Assembly (NCBI GenBank): GCA_002633005.1
Contig: NMRA01000085.1
Coordinates: 736,619-800,618, forward strand
Length of the DNA stretch: 64,000 bases
Direction of reading: 5' to 3'
Source: Phoronis australis
Taxonomy: Eukaryota > Animalia > Phoronida
Below the pieces are notes generated by a model, which saw only the letters and a program-made list of their open reading frames with translations, was not told the origin of the DNA and searched no databases. Made by a program: the position numbers and the translations under genes. Below are positions 36,589-48,585 of the stretch, piece after piece (the first letter of the stretch is position 1; every line of letters begins with the position of its first letter).

Positions 36589-39500
36589 CTGTAATTGAAA
36601 TGCAGAGGGCGTGGCTACAGGTTGATTGACAGACTGGAGCAGTGTGGCCACTTGATTGGCCAAGAGTGTTGCAGGACTGAAGCAGGTTGCATGAAGCATG
36701 AGAAATCACACCACTTTTGATCATGTTAGATCACTGAGAGTCAGTGTCATGAGATAGCACTCTTGAAAATGGTTTATAGTAAATAAACTGAAACATCGGA
36801 TCAATATGTCTTTGTTAACATACGCGCTAATTTTAAAGTTGTTATTTGGAATAGGTCAAAACTGATAGAGAGTAACTAAAGTGCAAATAGAAAAGAGTGA
36901 ACAGTACCTGCATCACAGCTCACCTATAAACATTTCCTAAACCAGTCATGCACCCCCATAAACAACTCCCAAGATGTGCCAACAAAACATCAGCACCACT
37001 TACCTGACAGCGCTTCTCCTCTCTGTAAGACATCATCAATATTCTGGACCATAATTCGCTGCACGTCCTGTAACTCTGTGTTCAAGTGACTCAAGTTCCT
37101 GCGTGCTCGTGAATCCAGGTAAGACTTCTTGATCTTCTGGATATTGGTGTCTGAAATAAAACGGGAGGGTGAGGTCAACATTCTCCTATAAACACAACCA
37201 ACTGACACAGATTTTGATAATTCTTCCCTTATTTAGCGCACAGTCTGGCTGACAGTGAAATTCAATTTGTCAAATTTCTCCACAAAATTAAAGATCACGA
37301 AAACTTTACCCTATCACTATGTTAAAATGATTTGTTCTATGTAGGTGGCAAGAAACAACTTCTAGTAAATTTTCCACCATTTGTACTTAATAAAAGCAAT
37401 CTGCCACTGAACAATGGAAAAATTACTATTTTGGCAATTGTTTTTATGCGAAATAGGCAGAGAATCAATTACAGTAGTACGATTCAAGTACACACTAATG
37501 TGTAGACTTAATTAGTTGAAAGAACAACTTTGATGTGTGTATTAACAGCTTCTGTTTTCAAATTCCAGGTCCACCGTTTAGCTAAACACAGAATAGAGTG
37601 TAAAAAAAGAGGTGCCTGTCACATCAACAAGCTAGTCTCAAAATGTGACAAATTTCAGCAGCAGACATTAGTAGAATAATAAAAAAACAAATAATGAAGC
37701 ACAATATGTGAGGTCTGGCAAACAACAGAGGGCGCAACATTCCAGTCAGAGGTCAGGGTCTAATCTTTGAACTCGGAATCAAACTTAAATTATTTTTGGA
37801 ATTTTCCCCAAGGTTCTACTTTGTGAGAGCTCAAGATAAGTGACAAATAATCTGTGGTTGAGTACATTATGTTTTATGCAAATAATTTGAATTTGTAGTC
37901 AAAGATTGCATTACATTACCCATACGAGTTACAAGCTCAAGTGAAAATTCAAGTTCAGACTCAAACTTAACGCTAGGGTCATCAAGTACAGACAAGGATT
38001 AGCCAGCTATTCACACATACCCCCTGTGTACTCAAGCATAGAATAATAGACACTTATCCGAGTCCACACAAATATTTTAGAAAATGGCAAAAAGTAATTT
38101 CCAGTAGGATTTGGTGTAAAAAGATTAGACCCTATGCCCAGGTTTTTATTCAAACAAGCCTTATCCAGAGGGACTCTAATTTGCGCTGTCTAGACAGAGT
38201 CAAACCACGTTAAAGTTCCACTTCAACCATTCAAAGTCAGTTGATTTGGATACAGCAAACATCGCTTACACCAAAGATAGTGGCTTCATAGTAGTGTTCT
38301 ACCACTGACTCTTGTAATATTGCCTTTTCAATGTTGTTAAAATCGACATTTCCTACTATCTTCTTAAGACTGATTCTACATAATGACCATGAGCATTACG
38401 AAAGGTGTCCTTTATGGAACCGGTTTGCAAGAGAAGAGGGCTTCTTTTGACAGAAACCAAGTTCCTGGCAACATCGAACTACTAAACACAACATACCAAA
38501 CTCAATAAAACTGTATGGCCTGGATACTGTGTCCACTCGACTACCGTACTCTGACTCAAACTCCCCCTGTAGTTCTTCTAGATAATTAAACGCCAGTCTC
38601 TTAGAGAACGCCATTTCACACATGACTAAGAAGCACACACCCTTTTCGATAACATAGCTGAAATGTAGACAATGAAAAGAAAGCTAGGAGAGAAAATTGA
38701 GTGGTACATGATTATTGATCACAAATAACATAGGTATTCGTAACACCCTAGAAAAATGTACAAATTTTGCCAACTTCAGAACATCATATCTCAGAATTGG
38801 TTAGTGATCAGATTCATTGATTTTCACATACTATCATATTTTATGCACTGTTCTCTAAAACAACTCTACCGAATTGGTTTAAAATGTTCCACTTTTGTAT
38901 TAGGGGCTATAAAAAATAGGACTTTCATGATTTCCGTGAAAAAAAAATGAAAAAACGAAATGATAATTCAGAAAACTTTAACAACATTTTTGAGATTTCA
39001 TCTTGAACATCAAACAAAATTTTGTCACGTTCTTAATACTGTCGTTTCGCTATTAAATAATGTCCCTGCACTTTTCGCCAAGTTTTACTAACAAGACATG
39101 GCAACGTGACCCAACTATTAGCAGACTGACAAAAAGTCAAAAATCAAATTCTACACGTTTTCTACTTTACATGAAATTTAGTTTTGTCGCCATTTGTCTA
39201 AATACACAGAGTTGATAATAAGGCCCCATGATTTGGTTCTCAACACCAGCAAATAAAGCAGCGGACTACCCAAAAATTACAAAACTTAAATTGTTAGCAC
39301 AAATGGACACACCGGAATGTTCACTGCATCCAAAATACTAGCTATAACAAAACATGGCAGTAGTTTGAACTATACTCGCACTTAAATTTTTAATAAATGA
39401 GTTTGGCGCAACAGATGTTTAAAATTCAAACTGAACCACTTTTATCATGACCTTTTAGTCTGGGTACAAAAAATATCCGAGCCAAATCAGATGCCAAATA

Positions 39501-42081
39501 ACTTCAAAATGTTCGTGGAACAAAATCAAAATCTTGTCAAGTTTCAACTCCAAACAATTCAAAACCAATCAAAAGCACGGATTCAGCAACTTTAATGACC
39601 ACCTTCACTTTGATAAACTCTGTGCCAATAAAAGTCTATCTTACTTAAGAGAACATCCTTTGATAAACCAGGCCCTTAAATGAACCTAAGTTAGCATTTG
39701 TATATTGGTGAAAAGTACATACTGAAAAACATAAGAACCAGAGCCCGACTCCAGCGTACATCTGGCTGGAGACTCGTTGTTGAGTTTACGGAACAACTGT
39801 TTCGCTTTGTTCTGGTATTCCGTCAAATTGCGACCAGACTGAAATAGAATATCACACTAACAATGTCATAAACTGTGAGATAATAAGTTAATGTATGAAA
39901 CAAACGATTGCATGTCCTGGAAGATGAGCATGAAATGTCATAGTGCTGTTCACAGGTGTTTTGGAATTCATGAAATATCTCAGAAAAAATATGCAGGATT
40001 AATTCCATAAACGGGGCCGTTTCCCCAAAGGAATGAAGAATACTGGAAAGTTATGTCACCCCTACTGGCAGACATTGACACTACACAGTCAGTACAATGC
40101 ACGTGCCCACATCAATGACTTTATGATACAGCAAGATAACGACTGGAGTTTTGTTTGATTCAACAAACAACAGAGCGAAATTTGATAGAATTAGAATCCC
40201 GGCAAATTCATGTAAAAGGTTCTTGCAAAATACATAGGATCATTTTAACCAATGGAAAATGACAATTTTGGAGATCAATTTTGTGCAGCATAAGTGGATA
40301 ATAATAATCCCCTCCCCCTTCAAACAAAAATTGCTGAAGTGTTTCAGATGAACTGATTCAGATAATCTTATAGGCATAGATGTCACATGACTTAATATTA
40401 TACCCACCGCTTTACATATAGTAAGTGGTTGGATTTAGGCATGCGGTAAGTACAAAATTATCTCAGTCTAAATGGATAATTTATTTGACTCCTATAATAC
40501 TACACTCATCAAGCCACATGTAGCCAGTCTGTCGCAGCCGGCTGAATTAAAAGTAATGGGCAAAGCGTTAACTGTTAGTTTGACTTCAGAATATGTGCAA
40601 TAAGAGAGAGCACAGCTAATAGATCTGTAGTGTATTTCCTCTTCATGACATTGGTCTTACAAGAACTGATGGCTCAAATGAAAATTACACTCTGCTGGGA
40701 CTTGAGCTCGACATGTATGTTCGGGATGCGAGTCAACCTTCCAAACCAAATGGCATTGGCTAGTGACTTAGAGCTGCATAATCACATGACACAACTGGAA
40801 GAGATGTCATACAACACTCCTTCTTCACTGCGTAACAGGGACACCTCCTGGTTTCAGACCTCAGCAACACCCCTAATGTCCACGCAGCCTGTGTCCACCC
40901 CTAGCGAAACTCTTCCTTTATTACACGGATTCACTACCACCAGGTCGGCACCCTATTTATCTGCCACTAGAAAGCCTAACATACATGAAGGGTTTTGTAG
41001 TTTTCACCTTAGTAACATGCCATTGTTACAAATGCCACATGTTTACAACAGGGGCGTGAACCAGCAACTTGCAGTGTGTCAGTCAAACTTATCATCCAAT
41101 CAGCAATTGCCGATTGGCAAGTCATTTAGAGAGAGGCACAACTGACAGTCACGTGATACAACATTGAAATCCCAGCCTGTCACAAATTTGTAGTATTCTT
41201 TAACCCACTAGTAAGTAATTATGCTTAGCGCCAAGTCACAGGCATACCCGCTGAGAGGTCAACGGTCAAAAATCCAGAGCTGCACACTAATTGGACCATC
41301 TGTGTCTGCCTGCAATTTAGTAAATAAGATAGCACGCACGTAGGCAACTACATCGTCCTGAATGCCGCAGGCATACAGGGGTGATAGTACACCCCCAGGA
41401 AAACTTAACAGTGCTCATCTCAAAATACAACAAATAAAAGTAAATGAAGCATGCACATTGACTTATAATTAACACATTGCATGAGTTTGGATACAATTTA
41501 GTCAACATAATTAGTACAGATCAAGAAATGGGGACAGCTATCCAGACAACTGAGGGGCTTGGTGTTGCCTGCGTCGGTGCAAGCTGTTTGCGTCGGAGAC
41601 TTGAACGAAATTCAATGTAACGGGTAAAATCTTTAAATACTTGATTATTCAACGAAAACCGTGTGTACACTGATGCTACAGACTGACATCGGACAAATAA
41701 AATGCCAAACCAGTCAACATGGTCGGACTCAAACCAAATATTTTGAAAATAAACAGAAATTAGTTCCAATTAATACCACCTATTACAAAATGAAAGTAAT
41801 TGGTCAGGGAAATTACACGCGACATTTGTCACTCAGTGGCTGAATCAGTGACAGAAAAACCTGTGAGTGTGACGCTGAGTCAGCAGAACAGATGATGCCT
41901 GCATGAACACGAATCCAGGCAGTGTGTGAAAGACTGCAACTGCAAGTGAAACTGAAGTAGCCGGCTACAGGCTCAGAGATGTTTCAGTCCGAAAGTTTTA
42001 AATTACCTGTTCATCCTCTTGCATAGAGGCCGCCAAAGGAAGGCCATCAGCCACCCTGGCTACTAAAGTCATTAAAATCAT
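36434..42081 (-). CDS. SEC22B: Vesicle-trafficking R-SNARE SEC22B (5 coding exons, complete)
   Basis: Exons 42007-42081, 39723-39838, 38497-38657, 37004-37150, 36434-36588 give [25 protein letters not shown]..., longin domain, [36 protein letters not shown] motif and a C-terminal TM helix. Confidence 0.97.
37004..37150 (-). CDS. SEC22B: SEC22B exon 4 ([20 protein letters not shown]...RGEALS)
   Basis: tttcag / gtaagt; SNARE motif. Confidence 0.95.
38497..38657 (-). CDS. SEC22B: SEC22B exon 3 ([29 protein letters not shown]...RPYSFIEF)
   Basis: tttcag / gtatgt. Confidence 0.95.
39723..39838 (-). CDS. SEC22B: SEC22B exon 2 ([39 protein letters not shown])
   Basis: tttcag / gtatgt on minus strand. 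Confidence 0.95.
42007..42081 (-). CDS. SEC22B: SEC22B exon 1 ([25 protein letters not shown])
   Basis: ATG at 42081, gtaatt donor. Confidence 0.95.
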
Positions 42082-42600
42082 TCTCTCGACGGTGTGATCG
42101 CAGGTAAACACAAGGATGGACCACTTTCAAAAGAGCAGACAAACTACGACCAAGCTGACGTGTCCTGGCATTTGCGCATGGGTAGTATCGTTGAACATCC
42201 GGCCTGCGGTGCTTTAGACGCGAGCAATGTACAAACATACAAACTCACAGAAATCTTCGCGAGTTACCGCAGTGTATCTCGTCATAACCACGTGATAATA
42301 TAGCTTTAGTGCAAATTGTTTTTACAGAACGCACCCGAGGTTTCCTCAGTCAATGTTCGCTTATCTTGCACTTTTCTCTGTTCAAATGGGTTCACTAGCG
42401 CCTCATTTTATTTAAATGCAAATGCTGATCTTGTACTTATAACGAGATATTAATTTACAAAGTTTTACCCGTTTTATCCCAGGTTTTATCTTATAGAATA
42501 TGTTGGCATTACAAATACTAATATGGGTCAAAGGTCACAATGTCGGTATCCCACGTAGCATATCCTCGGATTCAATATGGTTGCCTTCAAGTTCTGCGGT
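42082..42600. promoter_or_regulatory. Probable shared (bidirectional) promoter region of SEC22B and SEC16
   Basis: CpG-richer stretch directly upstream of the SEC22B ATG; TGACGTGT 42156-42163, TGCGCATG 42173-42180, CCACGTGA 42288-42295, CCACGTAG 42551-42558. The SEC16 ATG exon starts after an acceptor, so a non-coding first exon upstream is implied but not located. Confidence 0.45.
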
Positions 42601-45600
42601 ATTTTGTGATTATTAACTAAGCTTTAATATTCTTTCTTAGACACTGTTTTACCCTTCTCAATGGATAATTAGAGTAAGGTGGCCAAGCATACGAGTGAAG
42701 GTTTTCAATAAGCATCACCAAAGAAATACGATTGGTATTTGAGCCGGGTAAGTTGGTGAAAATGAACCACCACCAATCAATGATCGTGAGGATTGGCGAT
42801 TCATTTTGTTCCACATTTTAGGTTCCACACCTTGTTACCAGGATTCATAGTAGTTGTAGGGTTGTAGCTTCAATGATTGTCTGATTCTCATAATTAGGCA
42901 ACAGTACAGATATTTTCTAGAATTCCTTGCTATTCAAGACCGCATGAAACTGCATGGTCAATGACAATTTGTAAATTTGGTCGAAATTGCTAGTTCCTGA
43001 TGATGATCTAGACTAGTTGCCTGATTGATCAGATTAGTGTAATTTGGCAAATAGTCGCTTTGGTGGTCCATGATTTTGATGACCAGTTCCAGCTACTGAA
43101 TAATGAGCATTCTAGATGTGATTTGGGACGATTTTAGGACTGCGTCATTGTCAAACAATTGCACAAAAAATTTTCATTGATGCACCGCAATTGCTTAACT
43201 GGAACTAACGAGTGCTTAAACATTGAGTCGCTGTCATGACTTTGTCTTTAAAAATACCCATTTGATGTAAGACAGTGTTCAACCTGTCTCACTGCTGTGA
43301 GTGACAAAAACAATATTAGTTCCAGGTCATGCCATACTGAGTAGGAAAATGTACAGACCCAACTGTCGATTATGTGTTTGATTTGCAGTTTATCACTAAT
43401 CAATGGGTAACAGAGGTAGCAGACGAACTCCACACACCACATGTTAAAACATCCCAGAAAACAGATATCAATCAACGACCAAAAATTCTTAGATAATGAG
43501 ACCCATTAAGCTCCTCCAGTACCAGTAATTGTTTTTTCTTTGTAATGATCCCTGTATGATTCCTTGTTTCTCAAACTCATTTGTACCACCAAAAGTGAAT
43601 ATAGCCACTAACTTCAATCCGTCTTAAACCCATCTTGCTTCATCTTTTGATTTGGACATTTGTCGATTACGAAATTTGTTTCCAATTGCTCCTTACTAGT
43701 AGTCAAGTTGAAGAAGATTTCAGGGCTTTAAACTTTGACAGAAAATAACGTGACTGTTTGGTAATTGCTCTACAAGATGACTCATCACAACGTGTTATTT
43801 GATAAATAACAAACTGTTAGTTCTTTACAAACCTAGAACCCTCTTCTCGCCTGAGTAAGTAACAAGTTGAGACCAAATTTATAGGTCTGTAAGTGTTTCA
43901 AATAAAAACTTTGCAGTTTGGAGGTAGGTGGGTGTGTAGCCTCGGCTTAGCTGAAATAGTTTCCACCACCATTTTTTTTTTCATTGGCAGATAAAATCGC
44001 TGCTTGTTGTTTACAGGTACAGTTACCAAAACCGCTTTGGAAGAGTCTTTACCCATTTGAACTTGGTGTCATTTTAAGCAGTTCTCAAATTCCATAAACT
44101 GCTGAAAAGAACCTAAGTTGCAAAAAAAATTGTCAATCAATCAGTTGATGTATGGAAAACGCGTCGCGTAACTTTAATTCTGAAATTGTTCAATCGGAAA
44201 TATCATCTTGACAAATCTCAAAGTTTTTCATTAAAATTTATAAACTAGTTTTGGCTTGAATCTATTAAATGGATACAAGTGCTTTTAAGGTTGAAAAATG
44301 CATTATTTGAATATATGTTGGATGAAATAAACTTCTTGCGACAGTAAGTTAAATAAAACAAGGTTTGATAGCGTTTATTGACGAACAAGTCGAATCGACA
44401 GAAACCGGAAAACGAGACGGGGTCCGGGGAAAAAACCTTAACGAACACAGTGGCATTGAAGTTATTGGCTCTTTGACCGAGGATACAAAACGGCAAAGTT
44501 CAGTGCGTTCTTGTGATTTTATTAGAAATAGCTGATTGAATTCCGATGGTGGTTTCCAGTCATTTGATGGAATTAACTACTTACCTTATCAGTTAATTAC
44601 ACTAACAATAATTTGCCATTTGCCACATTGGATTGTACATAGATACTAGCAAATGGTTGACCCACGACCCTGAGGTCATGGGTTCAAATCTGTCTGGGGC
44701 TGATCTGAAATATACATAACACTGTCACCAATAATGTCAGTTTGACGAGTGTAATGACATTTATCTGGACGACCACTATGGAGCCTTTTCAGTGTTTCCT
44801 CCTTGTTAATCATGGTCATGACAGCAGTGGTTGCCATGGTGATTGTCACTAGGAACTAATATGACCTGAACTGCATTATGCAAATTGCTTATGTCTGAAT
44901 TTACATTTATCCTCTGGTAGTGAGCATCTGCTTCACCTTATAGCGCCGTTCTGATTTTAAAATAAACTATTGATTCACGTGCTAAGTAGTGTTACAATTT
45001 TTTGTGGAAACATTGTGTGCGTGCACTTTTTGTTGCTATGATGCAAATGGTGTAGCTCAAATTTCAAATTTATTTTAACTGTGAATTAAACTTCTCCACT
45101 ACAAGTTAAATAATTTAAGAACTCGTTTCACAAGAAAATAAACAATGACATTCAACCAATATATGATACCAATCTCCTAACTTTGGAAAATAGATGGTGA
45201 CATTCAAATAAAATGGCAATCTCATTATTCCTAACATCTGCTCACGGTCCTACCCATCAATACTCTATTAGGCTTCTTATTCAACCAGACCGTTAATAAA
45301 AGCGTGCAGGTTTGCCCTGAGATAATCACTGATAGGCCAGCTGTTCTTCCAGCCACTCCTGTTTGTCTGATATGCAAGAACAGAAAATCAATCAAGGAGA
45401 ATATTGTAATGAGTTAAACTTTTCATTAAATTCATAGGACGAGCTATTGCCTAAAAATTTGTTGTTATCACGAAACGTTAAAAGTTAATCATGCCCTGGT
45501 TAAAAATCGTATCGGTAATAATTATGGTTATGAATTGAAAGTGACAAAACTGCGCTTTCTTATTTTGTTGTAGATGAGAAGCTGATTTTCTTATCTTTTT

Positions 45601-45623
45601 CAATTCTATTTACAGACTTTGCC

Positions 45624-48585
45624 ATGACCGACCCCGGGGATCAAAAGCAATGGTTGCAAGGCCAAGACAACAGTGCCACTCCAGGGGAGGGCCAGTACCA
45701 GTACCCCTACTACAACGCTGGTGATGCATATGGTTACTATCACGCGGGACAGTATTATGAATATGCCTCAACACCACAACAACAACAACAACCACAACAA
45801 CAACAGACGTATCAGTTTTATGATCCAGCATATGATGGCAATATGGCTTATCCTGCAGGCCATGGGGATTATTTGTCTACACTTCCTAATGACTCGGCAT
45901 CGATGGAAAATGCCACTTCATTGCAGCATGGGGACTATGGTGAGGTGGCATCACACTCGGCGCACTCACCGTTTAATCACACCGAGGTGTTACAACCAGG
46001 CGGTAACTATGGTGAGATGTCATCACAACCGGCCAACACACCGTTTAACCACACCGAGATGTTAACGCCAGGTGGTGCTGCCAAGGAGAACTCGCTTCAG
46101 TACCTCGGGGCTCCGTCACCCAGGGATATGAACCAAGAAGACATTAAGAATCATAGTCCGCAGACGGTTAACGTGTCACATGACCAATATAACAATCCTA
46201 GTTCGCATAACGAATCAGGGCTTGCGTTTAACTCAGACGTTGGGCAGGTTGCAGATCAAATGCAGAATGTGTCTTTACATGACACATACCCGCCTCAAGA
46301 TCAGGGAAATTGGGTGCCATCTAATCAAATCGCGGAAGGAAACGTAGCTTTTGGTGGTGGTGCGCCATCTGGTGTTAACCTTTCGCATAACATTGTTTCA
46401 CAGCTGCGGAATGATGCGGGACATAGCCGGAATAACTCACTGGATGTAGACTTCATTGTGGGCTCTGGGCCAAGTTCTGGCAATAGTAGCCGGCCAGATA
46501 GCACCGATCACAGGGGGGTCGACAATCGTTCGCCACGTGCCCCTGTGGACTTAGTAAGTACTAGCGGTGGGAACTCCAACTCGGTCCCATTTTATGGTGA
46601 GGAGTTTGTGAATAATCCCTACGGCTCTCAGTCAATGTTCCAAGCTGCACCGCCCCAGCAAACACATCCCGATATCGTTCAGTTTCCTTCGTCATCGGAG
46701 CAAATGAGTCCCATGCCTGCTGGGGATGTCCCACATCTCATGAATCCAAGTGCCAGTGCAATGCCCGACCTCAGCTCTGCGGGACCGGCCACAGACCATA
46801 GGCCACCATCTGTGCAATCGGCGCATTCTAACGTCAGCGTGGAGCGCCCCCACTCTGGACTTCAACACATGTCCCATGAGAGACCACCGTCAGTACATTC
46901 TGTGCACTCCAACATAAGCAGTGGATGGCCAGAGAATAGCCTATCGGCTGCCAGTAACCAGGGTTATCCATCTGAGGCTTCTCTTCAGGTGCAGTCTCCC
47001 ACCACTCCTTCATCTCAGTCCTCCATCGATAGTCCTCGCCATCGCTCTGTCCCCCAGGAGTCTCCTAGGCTACCTGTTATGGAAGAACCCCAACATCACC
47101 AGGATCATCCCGGCTTGATGCCTTCTCCTCATCCTGTCCCTGTCGAGCCGCTGCCCCCTGGAGGCCCTGGCATGAGAGTGGGCGCTAGCCAGCAATACAT
47201 TGGCTCTCCTGGTATGCAAGTGTCTGCACCATTCTGTGAAGCAGATTTGGTGACCAGTGCACCGTCGCACCATCCGGGACAACCAGATTTGCTGCAACAA
47301 CGACCAGAGAACATGGCCAATCCACGCGAACTCCCAGCAGATATCATCCAACAAGGCGCGTCATCGACACAGCCTCCCATCCCATCTGATGACTTACCCC
47401 CGCCATCAGTGGAAGATGTCACTAGCCACCCTCGTCAGAATCTGCCATCACCTGATCATGCGCTCAACATCTTCGCCACACCCATACAGCCACACGATAA
47501 CAGCGCTTTTCATCCTCTACATCATGACTCTTCACAACAGCCACAAAGTTCACCATCAGCTGTCTCAGCACAGCAGCCTCGCCCTGCAGCGAACTTTCCG
47601 AGAGAAAAACAAGCTGTGCCAAACCAAGGTGTGCCTGAGTTTCCCCCTGTCAGGGCTAATCTACACGATTCAACACTCAGTTCCCTTTCACGTGAGACCG
47701 CAACAGATAATCAAAGACCACCTGATTTAACTCAGAGATTATACGCTGATGTGAGCCATCCACACGATTTACCCATATCGACGAATGTCAATGAAAGTCA
47801 TCCAAATGAAAGTAGACCTGCATTGCCTAGTAACCAGACACATGAGGCTAGAGCTCAGGATGCCAAGGAGAAGGCTGTTTCAGTGTATGGGCACCAAGTA
47901 CCCTCCTCGCAAAGAGCCCCAGACCTGACTCATGATGGTCATGTAGATGCTGTCAGGCAACCCATCAAGTCAGAACATAGTCAATCTTCGAACGTCATCT
48001 CAGGTGCTAGTGCAGGCAACCCGGTATGCCAGGTAGCCTCTTTGTGGGACAATCCAGAGCCAGCTGAAATGCCCATGTTCCTAGCACCGATATCGTTGCC
48101 AAAGTCTGGGACATCGACTGTTGTGCAAACGCAAGATGAAAAGGTTGTCCCACTTGATCTGTCTAACATACAACAGACACTACAGAATGAGCAGGGGTCT
48201 AGTATAGGCTTAGCCAATATTAGCCAATCAAACAACAATGGTAATGTCCCTGAAGATGGGCGTGACTGTGAAATTAGGTCAAGTTCAAGGTCAGGTGGTA
48301 GGAACCGACCTGATGATGAACGCAGTGCTATGGAGTCAATGCCCAGTACCCCTGCAGATAGAAATAAGCATGAGCCTGACCCCAGGTATTCGGATCCTAG
48401 GGATAACCGGGTCAGTGATAGGTCAAAACGATCGCGTGATAACAGGGACCGTGATTGGGGGTCTAGAGACGACCGGGATTATGATAGAAATGATCGCCGT
48501 TCAAGAGACGGCTCTGATCGATATCGACGGGATGAAAGTCATCAATATCGACGGGAAGAAGACGAGAGACCGAGGTCACGACAAG
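45624..48585 (+). CDS. SEC16: SEC16 first coding exon (disordered N-terminus)
   Basis: tacag acceptor at 45615, gccATG, ~987 codons open, gtgagg donor. Confidence 0.9.

Noticed and set aside
40630-41145. 171-aa ORF antisense within SEC22B intron 1
   Set aside because: GTG start, no recognisable domain, no supporting exon structure
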